Origin: Octopus vulgaris
Lineage: Eukaryota
DNA length: 64,000 nucleotides
NCBI GenBank assembly: GCA_951406725.2
Contig: OX597814.1
Coordinates: 111,538,001 to 111,602,000 of the forward strand
Direction: 5' to 3'
Each line of letters opens with the position of its first letter. Position 1 is the stretch's first letter. This document shows positions 12,473 to 24,668 of the stretch, piece after piece. The notes under the pieces were generated by a model. It was given only the letters and a program-made list of their open reading frames with translations, did no database searches and had not been told where the DNA came from. A program made the translations under genes and the position numbers.

Positions 12473-12510
12473 TCTTCTGAGGATAGGCCTTTGTGCTTGA
12501 AATATAAAGG
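12473..12510 (+). ncRNA. Candidate minimal type I hammerhead ribozyme motif, sense to the ZNRF intron
   Basis: UCUU CUGAGGA U AGGC cuuugu GCUU GAAA UA UA AAGG: stem I, CUGANGA core, 4-bp stem II, GAAA, palindromic AUAU in place of stem III. Confidence 0.45.
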
Positions 12511-12587
12511 TTTTTAAAATTCTTTTACTTTTTTTAAAGCTTTCATCATTTCTCATTTCATTTAATATTCTATTAAAACATACAGTC

Positions 12588-12970
12588 ATCATCATCATCA
12601 TCGTTTAACATCCATTTTCCATGCTATCATGGGTTGGGCAGTTTGACTGAGGTCCGGAGAGCCAGCAGCTGCACCAGGCTCCAATCTGATCTGGCAACGT
12701 TTCTACAGCTGGATGCCCTTCCTAACGCCAACCACTCCGAGAGTGTAGTGGGTGCTTTTTATGTGCCACCGGCACAGGAGCCAGTCATACAGGCTTGGCA
12801 TCGATCACGTTCGGATAGTGCTTTTTACATGCCACCAGCACGAGGTCCAGTTGTTGGGTACTGGCATCGGCCATGTTTGAATGGTGCATGGGAGCTAGTC
12901 AGGAGGTACTGACATCAGCCATGTTTGGATAGTGCTTTTTACATGCCACTGGCATGGGAACCAGTCAGGG
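12588..12970 (-). mobile_element. RTE-type 3' end element with ~4 tandem modules
   Basis: (CAT)n then CGTTTAACATCC...GGATGCCCTTCC and repeated GTGCTTTTTACATGCCACC modules. Confidence 0.85.
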
Positions 12971-15544
12971 TACTTAATAACAGGATAAGGAGTAACAATC
13001 AAATTATGAGTGTTCCTTGCTGGTTATAGAGCAACTTTCAGAAGCTGCTGAGGAGAACAGTAGAGTGAGGATTATATAAATATTTTAAATCCTGGGACTT
13101 GATGAGGCAATGTAACTGTGTAGTTATCTACAGTATTGAGTGATTTGAAGTTACCCAAGTAATCTATCAGAATCTGATGCCCTCAGTTTGCCAAGCTAAA
13201 AACATGTTCAGTTTTACTCCACAGGTGTAGATGTGGCTGTGTGGTAAGAAGTTTGCTTCCCAACCATATGGTTCTGGGTTCAGTCCCACTCTGTGGTACT
13301 TTGGGCAAGTGTCTTCTTCCATAGCCTCAGGTTGACCATGTGGTTAGGAAGCAAGCCTTTTACAACACAGCCATGCATATGCAATTTGTTTGTTTTCCTT
13401 TTGTGCCCATAACAGTTCTTTGTTATCTGTAACCAAAAACAAACATTTTATGTCTGTTTCTAGAAGCCGTAGAAAATTTAATTCATGCAGCTGTTGAATA
13501 TTTTTAATTTGAATTTCTTCTCTCTTACTTTTTTTTTAAAGTTAGGCAATCTAATTACCTTATTTTCTTGTGTATGTCACTTTTGTATAAGTTGCACCTT
13601 TAAATTAGTGTTAAATGTTGGCACAAAATTTTTTCTTCCTTTCGTAGTTTTAGCTTAGCCTCTTATATAAGTTACACCCCAATTTGTTCACTTAAAGTCA
13701 GGTATAAACTAGTGTGGTTTTTACATAAATAAAAACAGTAAGTGTTCAGTTTATAGAAGATTCAGTGTCTAGGAAGATAGTGAAAGTTGTTTGGTGCTTA
13801 GAAAATCTTTCTCGGTCGTTTCTTTTAAGCTGAAGAATTGTTTCAATTGTTCTTGTATTATTTGACTGTTACATTTCTAAAATGAAAGCATATAGACTCA
13901 CTTACTTGTGCCATGGTTTGAGAATTCCAAAATCCAAATATGTCCCTGAAATTTCCAAGGAACTTGTGTGGTTTGTTACTTTACTCCATTGCTGTTTAGC
14001 TTCAGATCAACTGCAATCAGGTTGATCTAATGATCAAAGTTGTTCCAGTGATGACCATTCCGGCTTTAGATTTTCTATCTAGGGATTGCTATCCTTTCTT
14101 TTTTTAAGAGACAGTTGGATTTGTTTGCTATTTCTTTTAAGTCAAGCAACTGCTTAGAGGTTCCTTTGTTAGTTCATGTAAATGAGATTTTTTTCCCCTC
14201 CTGTTTATCATTGGCACTGGAAAATTGTTAGGTAAACCTCTCAGAAGATTTGTCACCTATTTACCTAGTTAATGGCGTTATGTATGGGTGTCTTTTACTT
14301 GTTTAAGTCATTAGACGGTGGCCACGCACGGGCAACACCTTGAAGAATTTTCGGGTGAATGAATTGACCCCAGTACTTAATTTTTTAAAGCCTGATATTT
14401 ATTCTATCCGTCTCTTTTGCTGAACCACTAAGTTATGGGGACATGAACACACCAACACCACCAGTTGTCAAGTGGTCTTGTGGAACATACACATACATAC
14501 TCACACAGGCTTCTTTCAGTTTCCATCTACCATAACCACTTACGAGGCTTTGGTTAATTCAAGGCTATAGTAGCCCCAAGTACCACACGCTGGGATTGAA
14601 CCCAGGACGATGTGATTGGAAAGCAAGCTTCTTACCACTAGCCACATCTGTGCCTCTGGTAAATCTTTTTGATACCAACCCATCTGAGACGACATCTGGT
14701 TCTATGATGCAAACTTCCTGCTTCAAAGTGATATAAATTTAAGACTCCTAGAATTTCATGTTAAATTTATGTTCAAAACTGCAGCTTAATAGTGATAAAG
14801 CTATTTTACTAAATTCTCCATTATTTTCAAAATTAACTGAAACAGGAAATGTATTTCAGCAGAAATATGAAAACGGAAGCGTTAAGTTAATGGAGATGAA
14901 GCTAAATTTCTTTCTAAGTTGTCCAATATCTGCTTGGTCATTTTTGTCTTGATATGGTGAGAATGACTTGATTGAAACTAGTAAAACAAAGGACTAACAA
15001 AAATTATTTATAGTAAACAGGAAATATTGAAGGAAAAAGAAATGGCTGTCTTGCTCATTCATTCATTCAATTGTAGCCAACATTGAAATGCATTGTCGTT
15101 AACCATTATCTCGTTATATCTTTGAGCCAATACTTCCTCTGTGTGGTAACAGATGGTATGATTATTGTTTCTGGATACAATGTGTGGAGGAAAGAAAAAA
15201 AAATATGGTAGGAGTTTAGTGTCGATCAATCAGATCTGTGTTTCCTTTAATAATTTAAGAGGTTCAGACACTGTGAAGACTGGAACTTAACATTTTGACA
15301 TGTTAGCATCCATTTGAAAGAAAGAGGGAGAGATGGATGGGGTGATGGAGGGAGAGTGAGGGAGTGTGCATGACAAGACTGGTGTTGTGGTTTCAACCTT
15401 TTCTCATTATTACTTTCAAAGTGTAAGACCAGCAATATTAGCTTCAACACTCCTCACAACAATTAAACTCAACACTCTTATTGACTAATTATTGCTGTTA
15501 TAGCTCAGTTTTCTCTGGTTTTGGTATTTGCTAAATTTCGTTTG

Positions 15545-16265
15545 ATATGTTGGTGTATCTACCATTATGTCATTGCTATATTGGTATAATCACTGTCACG
15601 TCATTGACATGCTGCCGTATTGATGTAATGACATTGTTGACATGTTGGTGTATTTGCTGTTATGTTGTTGACGTATTGGTGTGATCATCATTGTCATTGA
15701 TATGTTGTATTTACTATTATGTTGATGTGTTGGGGTATTTACTGTTACGTCATTGACGTGTTGGGGTATCTACTGTTACATCATTGACGTGTTGGGGTAT
15801 CTACTGTAACATCATTGACGTGTTGGGGTATTTACTGTTACGCCATTGACGTGTTGGTTTATTCATGGTTCTGCCATTGATATGGTGGTGTGTTTACTAT
15901 TATGTTATTGATATGGTGGTGTGTTTACTATTATGTTATTGATATGGTGGTGTGTTTACTGTTATGTTATTGATATGGTGGTGTGTTTACTGTTATGTTA
16001 TTGACAGGTTGCTGTATTTGCCATTATGTCAATGACATGTTGGTTGTATTCACAGTTACACCAATGACATACTGGTCTTTTTACTGTTATGTCATTGATG
16101 ATTGCTATATTTTTCTGACATGTCATTGACATGATGGTGTCCTTGCCATTATGTCATTGACGTATTGGTGTCTATACCATTTTCATTGATGTAGTACTGT
16201 ATTTACTGTCACCTCATTGATGTGGTGTTGTATTTACTGTCATGTTGATATCTGTGCCATTTTCA
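15545..16265. repeat. 31-bp minisatellite, about 23 degenerate units
   Basis: CATTGACG recurs at 15751, 15782, 15813 and 15844; unit like GTCATTGACGTGTTGGGGTATTTACTGTTAC. Confidence 0.92.
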
Positions 16266-16852
16266 TTGCCCTGACTATCCATTTGTCACACTCTTTAATG
16301 ACTCTACAGACTGTTTTCAGTCTTTCACATGTGTATTTCACTTGTTTGTTTTGATTGGGAAATATTTCCTTCCTTCCTTCTAAAGGAACAAATAATCCAT
16401 ACAGGTAATTTTAAAACTGCTCTTGTCTCTTATTCTATGATCTATAGTTCCAATATTTAAATTTTAGCTTTATTTCAGTTTATTTCATTGGGCAAAAACC
16501 TATTCTTATTCAATGAATTGGTGAATATATGTTCATATTTCTTTTTCTTTTTATAATGGTGTTTACATGACATATTATTTATCTGAGAGGTCATATGTAG
16601 CAGGAAATGCATAAATTCATTTAGATTGAGATCTTGTTGTTTTTTTTTGTTTTGTTTATTTTCATATTTGTTTTGTATATCAACACAATAACTTTAAAAT
16701 GTAAACATTTTTATAACATTGACTTCTTGTCCATCCATCATGAAAATGTTTAAAAAAGTATAAATTCAAATGTTGGAATTGTAGGTTCCTCCTTAAAGAG
16801 AGAGAATAAATTAAGATCTGCTGGTTTTAATGTCAGCAACAAGATTATGTGA

Positions 16853-17295
16853 TTAACTCTTTTGTTAGTATATTTCGGTTGGAATACACTGCCTTTGTTT
16901 CAATTAATTTAGAAAATAATGAATTTAGTAAAATAACTTTGGTTATTAAGTTGGTGTTTTGAACATAAATTAACATGAAAATTTAATACAAGATTTTTCA
17001 AAATTTAAGTCATTTTAACCCTTTCGTTACCAACCCGGTTGAAACTGGCTCTAGCTCCGAGTACAAATGTCTTGTTTTCATAAGTTTTAAATTAAAATCT
17101 TCCTCTAAACCTTTGTCACAATTTATGTTCCTAACACTAGCTGAATGATAACTAAGTTATTTTACTAAATTCTTTGTGATATTTAAAGAAACACAGAGAA
17201 TCTCAAAATAAATACAGTAACTAAGGGGTTAATATAGGAAGTTTGTATCATAGAACCTGGAGCAATCTCAAGAAGGTTGTTATTAAAAGGGTTCA
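16853..17295. mobile_element. Older piggyBac-like MITE (P3) with a P2 MITE (17019-17228) nested at a TTAA site
   Basis: Inner element TTAA-CCCTTTCGTTAC...GTAACTAAGGGG-TTAA; the outer halves rejoin to match ~14665-14885 (reverse) and ~18306-18685. Confidence 0.75.
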
Positions 17296-17389
17296 ATCTT
17301 GGCCATAATGTTAAGGGATAGAATATCAAATATCTGTTAAATAATTACAAGATTTAGAATGACTCCAGACATACCGGCTGTAGCATTAA

Positions 17390-17609
17390 CCCTTTCGTTA
17401 CTGTATTTATTTTTAAATGCTCTGTGTTTCTTTCAATTACTTTAAATATAACAAAGAATTTAGTAAAATAACTTAGTTATCATTAAGCTAGTGTTAGGAA
17501 CATAAATTGTGACTAAGGTTTGGTGGAAGATTTTAATTCAAAACTTATGAAAATGAGATATTTGTATTCAAAATCAGAACTGGTTTCAGCTGAGTTGGTA
17601 TCGAAAGGG
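17390..17609. mobile_element. piggyBac-like MITE, family P2, inverted relative to 17019-17228
   Basis: TTAA-CCCTTTCGTTAC...GTATCGAAAGGG-TTAA. Confidence 0.88.
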
Positions 17610-17786
17610 TTAAATATACTGAAGCCACCACAAAAGGAGACAACAATTTGATGCCCATGAGACATTCACTTTTTACTCATTTTCACATTTGTTTTATTTA
17701 TCTACACAAACACTTCCATGATAAACAAAATTTTGTTCTAATATCTCATGTGATCATTAATTTTTTTTTTTCCGTTTTTTTTGCAG

Positions 17787-17882
17787 GCATTAAATGTCCT
17801 GTTTGTTCAAAATCAGTTGCTGCAGATGAATTAGAATGTCATCTTGTTATATGTCTTACAAAACCAAGGATTAGTTATAATG
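17787..17882 (+). CDS. ZNRF1/2: ZNRF1/ZNRF2-like E3 ligase, internal exon encoding the C2HC (UBZ-like) zinc finger
   Basis: Polypyrimidine tract plus TTGCAG acceptor and G|GTAAGT donor; 96 nt, phase 1 to phase 1; translates (G)IKCPVCSKSVAADELECHLVICLTKPRISYN, closely matching the vertebrate ZNRF zinc-finger exon as I recall it. Confidence 0.96.
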
Positions 17883-18075
17883 GTAAGTCATGTAATTTAA
17901 ATTCTGTGAAGTAACTGGCAAGTATTGGTAAGACAATGCTTTGCTGAGGAGAAGAAATAAAACTGAAACATGTCCAGACTTTTTGCCTAAGATCGAACTC
18001 CTTCCATATTGCAAGTTCAAATTTAATTTTTAATGAATTTAAATTCCAGAGTTTTGTCTTTCTTGACCAGTACTA

Positions 18076-18299
18076 CACTAATCCCTCGACTATCACGGTG
18101 TTACGGCCCAAAGCACTGCCATGATAGGTAAAAATCCGCAAAGTAGAAACAGTACTGTACTGTATATTTTTAAAAAATTATTTTTATAATTTGTATATAC
18201 TTATTTTATTATAAATGCAAAACAACACCACAGAGGAATCGACATAAGCTTAAATAAGAAACCATGATAGGTGAACCACAATATGGCGATGGATTACTA
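18076..18299. mobile_element. Tc1/pogo (Tigger-like) MITE
   Basis: TA-CACTAATCCCTCG...CGATGGATTACTA-TA imperfect TIRs. Confidence 0.6.
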
Positions 18300-18774
18300 T
18301 AATCATTAATCCTTTTGTTACCATATTTCTGTTGAAATACACTGCCTTTTTTTCAATTAATTTTGAAACAACTTTGTCATTTGGAGGTGTACCACGTGCC
18401 AGACAAGTGATTTGATCTGAGACTGTGTTTTGAAACAGAAACAATTACAGTTATGGCAGTCACATATTCGCCATTCAAAACTACACAAAGACTGTTAACT
18501 TCTCTTAAACATTTATTTCATGTCAAAATTGTCATCACACCAACTGTGACCTGGTCACTGATGTAGTTCTGGTGTTTGGAACATAAATTATTTTGAAATT
18601 TTGACGGGAGGTTTTTCATGACTAACAGGAAGTGTGTATCATAGAAACTTGGGCTGCTGGTCTCAGGCAATGATGTCAAAAAGGCTTCTTTTTCTTCTCA
18701 CATTAGGTATAATTTTAATTTTAATTTTAAAAAATTCACCATTTTATGTTAGCACCCACTTAATTATTTGTTCA

Positions 18775-19038
18775 GCGCTGCCTTGACTGGCTTCTGTGCT
18801 GGTGGCACATAAAAAGCACCAACCGATCGTGACCGCTGCCAGCCTCCCCTGGCACCTATGCCGGTGGCACGTAAAAAGCACCTACTACACTCACGGAGTG
18901 GTTAGCGTTAGGAAGGGCATCCAGCTGTAGAAACACTGCCAGATCAGACTGGAGCCTGGCACAGCCTCCTGGCTTCCCAGACCCCGGTCGAACCGTCCAA
19001 CCCGTGCTAGCACGGAAAACGGATGTTAAATGATGATG
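18775..19038 (+). mobile_element. RTE-type 3' end element, relatively CpG-intact copy
   Basis: Two modules, then GGAGTGGTTAGCGTTAGGAAGGGCATCCAGC...GATGATG. Confidence 0.85.
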
Positions 19039-19645
19039 TAGAAGATGCCCCTTGATAGTTTCTCTTCTAATCATTTCTTGCAACCTCTCCTATTTAGATC
19101 AGGTCTCTAAGAAATATAAATTTAAATGAATGTTTACTGGTTTACTAAATTTTAACATAATCTAGCTCTTTGAATCGGTGCCATTCTAAAAAATTACAAA
19201 TGGTTAAATTATTTTCATGAACTTTAGGAATTACAGAGTTTCTTAAATTCATTTACAAGCCCAGGTATGATATCTAGATTGAAGTGGATTAGAATTGAAT
19301 CATCTTTTCATGTATTTAGGGAATTATTATCTCCAGGTTAGCCTTGATTCATCACGCCTACTATCAGACACATTCCAAATGTGACCATCATGTATATTTT
19401 TATAGATACTCCTTACTCATCCTCTGCTCTTCACTGTATCATGTTGCTTGGGTAATGTGGGTCACCATTGGGTTTCTCCATATTTAATCCACCCTACTAC
19501 CTTTGTACTTATTGCTTTAGCCCCACCCCTCTCTCTCCTGCCTGTGTAAAGAAGGATTACATTAAATCTCTTGAATATATCCATCCGCCACTTCTGTACT
19601 GCTACCATCGCTCACTCTCCTCCAGAACACTTGTGATTGAAATAT

Positions 19646-19684
<39 letters not shown>

Positions 19685-20091
19685 CAGCAAAGATGTAACT
19701 GCTATCACTACCTCTCTCCCTTTACCCTCTGTTATTACTCTTTTCCATTACTCACACCAGTCAGCAGAAGTTTGCCATTGCCTTCTGCCAGAGCCATGTG
19801 GAACTTAGGTGTTTCGCTGATAAACACACACATCGCCCAATCAGAGATTTGAATCCACGATCCGTCAACCGTGAGTCTGTTGCTCTAACCACTAGGCCAT
19901 GTGCCTCCACTCAAGTGGGATAAATTAGGTTAAATTGTGGAAAATATGTTATCCATGACAAATTAATTATCTTGCGTAAAAATTATATTTGTAGTTATTT
20001 CTTTTGTTCAGCATTCTCACATTCTTTTATATACTAAAGTCTTAAACTTTGTGGATTTGGTAGATAGAAACCAAAACAAGCCCATCATGTG

Positions 20092-20139
<48 letters not shown>

Positions 20140-20142
<3 letters not shown>

Positions 20143-20405
20143 TTGTGAGTTTGATACCTGATTGCATGTTGTGTCCTTGAGCAAGACATTCTATTTCATG
20201 TTGCTCCAATCCACTCAGCTGGCAAAAATGAGTAGTACCAGTAATTTAAAGGGCCAGCCTTATCATATTCTGTGTTACGCTGAATCTTCCTGACAAACTA
20301 CATTAAAAGTATGCTTGTCTGCAGAGTGCTGAACCACTTGCATGTTAATTTCATGAGCAGGCTGTTCTGTTGATCAGACCAACTGGAACACTCATTGCCA
20401 TAACT
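20140..20405 (+). mobile_element. CORE-like SINE, head B with tail T2
   Basis: GTGTCCTTGAGCAAGACA...CCACTCAGCTGGCAAAAATGAG...GGGCCAGCCTT...; reverse copies at ~31765-32060 and ~40880-41200. Confidence 0.75.
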
Positions 20406-20745
20406 GTGTGTGTATGTATGTATGTATTTGTTCTGCATGTAACCATCTCTATGTATTTTAATGCTTTCTACAATAAATATAAACTTAATTTAAATGACTC
20501 AGAGGAAGCTGAAAGATGTTGCACAAGCACTCAGCTCTCAGGGCAATGCTCCATTACAGCAGAAACAGCTGTAAATTAATGAAGGTGATTAAATAATTCT
20601 TGTTCTTTTGTCATTCACTCACTTTCTGTACCAGTGATCCAGTGATTTTTTTAATATCTGGGTCAGATCCGAAACCTGGATATTTTTTAAGGGGCCACAC
20701 CAAAACAAGCAAAATGTGAGTTAATTAATGAAAAATTTATATTCA

Positions 20746-20908
20746 TAGGTGCAAGAATGGCTGTATGGTAAGTAACTTGCTTACCAACCACATGGCTCCG
20801 GGTTCAGTCTCACTGTATGGCACCTTGGGCAAGTGTCTTCTACTATGGCTGCAGGCCAACCAAAGCCTTGTGAGTGGATTTGGTAGACGGAAACTGAAAG
20901 AAGCCTGT

Positions 20909-20965
<57 letters not shown>

Positions 20966-21175
20966 ATGTTTGTGTGCCTGTGTTTGTCCCCCCCCCCCAA
21001 CATCACTTGACAACCGATGCTGGTGTGTTTATGTCTCCATAACTTTGCAGTTCGGCAAAAGAAACCAATAGAATAAGTACTAGGCTTACACAGAATAAGT
21101 CCTGGAGTTGAGTTGCTCGACTAAAGGCAGTGCTCCAGCATGGCCACAGCCAAATGATTGAAACAAATGAAAGAA
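20746..21175 (+). mobile_element. Full-length tRNA/CORE-like SINE S1 with internal (TG)n(TA)n and a CR1-like tail
   Basis: A box TGGCTGTATGG, B box GGTTCAGTCTC, CCTTGGGCAAGT core, tail GGCAGTGCTCCAGCATGGCC; plus copies at ~26133-26510, 33795-34155, 43378-43940 and 57852-58147. Confidence 0.88.
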
Positions 21176-22174
21176 AAAAATAATAGAAACAAGACCATTG
21201 AGGGCTACATGCAGCCCTAGGAGATGTGGTTGAGAACTGCTGTTCTGTACTCACTTCATGTTGTACTCTGAAGCATAAGGATGAGTTTTGATACCCAATT
21301 ATTAGTATCATTGTACCTAATCAAAATCATAATACGTACACACACTAACATGTGTGCGTGCGTGCGTGTGTGCCCTTGTCTTGACATTGTAAACAAATGT
21401 CACTGTCACACAAGTGGTGTTTGTTGCAACTTCCATGAAAGCATGTCTGGCCATTGTGCTGTTTGTGTTCAGAGGACTAGGGAAAATACTAATTTGCTTG
21501 GAAACAGGTGAAGCTTGGCAACAAAAAAGAAAACCCAGCCACAGAAAAACCTCTGATCCATGCAGGCATGGAAAGATATGGACATTAAATGATAAGGATG
21601 AATTTTTCTGGTGACCACACTTGTTCCGTTATCTCTTGTTCATTTTCACACTAAAATAGTGTTTATCCAAGTGTTGTTGAGTAGTTTTAGTCATTTCTAC
21701 TTAATTTGGTTTATGGCATGGATGTAGCTGCTGGAATGTTCTGGAATAACTCCCTCGGGCCCAGTATGCTGGATACACTGTGATGTTTATAGAATAAACA
21801 TCAAAGTGTATCTCGTATGTACATGTACCATTTATATGGTAATGAGTTTAATGAAACGGTTCTTAAGGGAAAAGGACAGCTTTAACAAAACAGTAATTAA
21901 AGAAAACAATAACAGCTTCTCATAAAAATAAAAACATTTGAAATTAAACGGTTTTTTTAAACTGAAAATATTTATTACAATTTCTTCCAAAGCATTAAGA
22001 CTGATGTTATTCTATACTTTTTTCATTTTTCTTTTTGAAGTGTAGTAAATTTGCATAGGAAATTGGATTTCTTTTATTTCCCATTGATATAATTTCCAAA
22101 AGAAACTGCATTCAGGTTGCTTGTAGATATTTTAAGCTATTCTTTAATTGTTAGCATATACAGACATGTAAAGG

Positions 22175-22410
22175 CCCATGGCATAGTGATTTAGGCTGTT
22201 GCACTCACAATTGCTAAATTATGGGTTCAATTTCCAGACCAGGTGACATGTTGGTTTTCCGTGAAACACTTCATTTCATGTTGTTCCAGTTGACTTGCTT
22301 GCCTAGCCAGCAGGGTGGTGTCATCCAAAGGCTAAAACAATGCACCAGCACATTGTGACCAGTAATGTGTAACATTTGATTGTCTGGTCATTTATGTGGT
22401 CACATGATAT
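22175..22410 (+). mobile_element. SINE, head B with tail T1
   Basis: TGGCATAGTG...GGTTCAATTTCC head; tail GCCTAGCCAGCAGGGTGG...GGCTAAAACAATGC shared with ~40375-40490 (reverse). Confidence 0.7.
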
Positions 22411-22901
22411 ACAGGCATAGCTGTGTCAGCTAAGAAGTCCTCTTCTCAATCATATTGTTTGATCCTAAAGTGTGGTATGTCCTACTGTAGCCCCTGACTG
22501 ACCAATGCCTTGTGGAGGATTTTTTTTTGTCACTTAACCCCTAGGGTTTATAAGGCTGCTTACCTGGTTTTCAAGACATAAATAATCAAGATCACAATGT
22601 TCCCTTGAACAGGATGCTGATCTGTTGCAGGGTTAAAGGTCATCAATTTTGGGGGAAGGGGACAAGTGAATTACATTGCCCCCCTCCCCCGTACATGGCT
22701 GGTACTTTATTTCATTGGCCCCAAAAGTACGGTTGTCCTCCGAACCCCGAATGTAAAGTAGTTGGAAGAAATGCTGTTAAGCCCTTTGTCTGATGTGCAA
22801 ATGTTTCTGACAGCTTGTCACTTTGGTGGGGGAATTTAGTTGACAGAAATAGCAGAAAGCCGTGTGTGTGTGTGCGTGCGATGCGATGCAATTTTATATT
22901 T

Positions 22902-23236
22902 CTGAGATGAAGAATTTATATTACGTACACTGTTTACATTAGTCAGACTGGTATCCCCATCTTGATTTTTGTTTCTACCTCTATATTCTCCAGCCTACTT
23001 CAGGTGTCAGTGGAAGGGTTTATAAGCTTTAAAAATTCACCGTGTCACTGCCTACAAACATAATGGATAAGGTGTTGGTTAATCAGTGCAGTCACCTAGA
23101 GGGTCCGAGTTCAATCCCAGGCAAGACACTAATATGAATCACAAGACACCAGGAGAAGGCTGGGGCATACACAGCCAAAACATGGTAAAAGCTATAGTTA
23201 AGGTGAGGATACCAGTTTGACTAATGTCAACAGAAT
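22902..23236. mobile_element. Older inverted two-arm element related to family 1, with central B box and decayed hammerhead motifs
   Basis: TGTTTACATTAGTCAGACTGGTATCC is inverted to GGATACCAGTTTGACTAATGTCAACA; central GAGTTCAATCCC; GACACCAGGAGAAGGCTG...CAGCCAAAAC. Confidence 0.65.
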
Positions 23237-23889
23237 ACTTGATGATATCTCATGTTTGTCATTGAGTGAAATGATGGTGATGCTGATATTACCAGTTGCT
23301 CTGTTTTTAAAGACGCCTGAAATACAAAAAACAATCTGTTACTTGAAAATAGGTTAGGGTTGGCAACAGGAAGAGCATCTGACTGTAAAAATCCTGTCTC
23401 AGATAATCTCCTGTCCAAACCCATGCTAGCATGGAAACAGACAGATGTTAAACAAATGAACAAATTTCTTGAATGTCATATAAAACAACTTTTTACACTT
23501 ACGAGGAGGAATCTTCCAGTCATATGTCTCCAGTTCTCTACTTTGTATTTTAAATATCAATCTATAAATACAGTAAGTCAATCAATATTTCATATTAGAA
23601 GCTTGATGTCACTAGAATAAAATAAAATGGTTTGTTGTGATGTGATTGATATAGGAACATGTTAGTAAAAGATTTTGCTCCTTAATTACAATGGCCTCTT
23701 AACAGTCCCTCTGTGAAGTATTCTCTGATCAAGTGAGTATTGCATTAGCTTTTACTCAGCCCAAACTTGAGTAACATTGTGTTGTTGGAAACTGTGAGGA
23801 AGCCCAGCAGATGAACTGTACCGGTAATTCGAAGGGCCAGACTTGTTATACTGTGTCTTGCAAGGGGGTTTTCCTGAAGGTTACATTAA

Positions 23890-24668
23890 CCCTTTAGCAT
23901 TCAGATTATTCAGTCAAATGTAAAGCATATTTATTCACATTGTTTTGAATTAACCATATATTGTATCTTGTAGCTTTGAGGTTTTAATAATGAAATTTTA
24001 CACAGACATGCAGGAAGTAAATAGACACCTTTAATTTTCAAAATCTTTTGATGATGATGATTGAAGGAGAGATTTTCTTCTAGCTGCTCGTCCATAATAC
24101 CCAAGCTTATGCAGATATGTAACACATGTTCTAGACTAACTTCTAGCTGTTTTGCAATGTCAGAACCTTCAAACGAGGTTCATTTCCCACAATTCTCTTC
24201 AAACAGCGAAGATTCCTTTCCAAGGGCCCAGGTCGGCCGGTATGATAATCTGTTGATTCTTTTCCTTGGCTTTTGAATTGCATTATAATTCTATTAACAG
24301 TAGCAAGAGGAATTTGAAAATTTTTGACAATTTTTCGCTGGTTAAGACCAGCCTCAGATTGCCCAACAATACAACCTTTTTGAAAATCTGACAGTTCTGC
24401 TGGACTTTTTGTGCGTGGCATGGTTACTCTTTGCAAATGTTTAATATAATGGCACGTGGAATGAAAAAGAATAATTACATTGTAAATTCTACACTGCTGA
24501 AAACATTAAGGTGCTTAGATCAGAAATTTTGAAAATTAAAGGTGTCTATTTACTTCCTGCATGTCTGTGTATACTTCAGGGTTGGTGTTAGAAGACACAT
24601 CTGGTCAGTTTGAGCATAAAAGAATAATAATATTTGGTATGGATATGGTCAGTTTAAATACTAAAGGG
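23890..24668. mobile_element. piggyBac-like MITE P1 hosting a Tc1 derivative
   Basis: TTAA-CCCTTTAGCATT...AATACTAAAGGG-TTAA. Confidence 0.8.
24001..24569 (-). mobile_element. Internally deleted Tc1 transposon retaining both TIRs and the transposase HTH region
   Basis: TA-CACAGACATGCAGGAAGTAAATAGACACCTTTAATTTTCAAAAT and its reverse complement at the right end followed by TA; minus ORF 24143-24436 (ELSDFQKGCIVG...IPLATVNRII...TGRP) resembles the Tc1 paired-like DNA-binding domain; no DDE domain. Confidence 0.92.

Larger units (their letters stand above)
1..17786 (+). other. Upstream intron of the ZNRF gene (5' end outside the window)
   Basis: No recognisable upstream ZNRF exon between 1 and the acceptor at 17785-17786; a short divergent exon could have been missed. 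Confidence 0.7.

Noticed and set aside
17648-17914. 88 aa ORF as a stand-alone gene
   Set aside because: Only 17787-17882 is ZNRF-like and it is bounded by strong splice sites; the rest is intron read-through.
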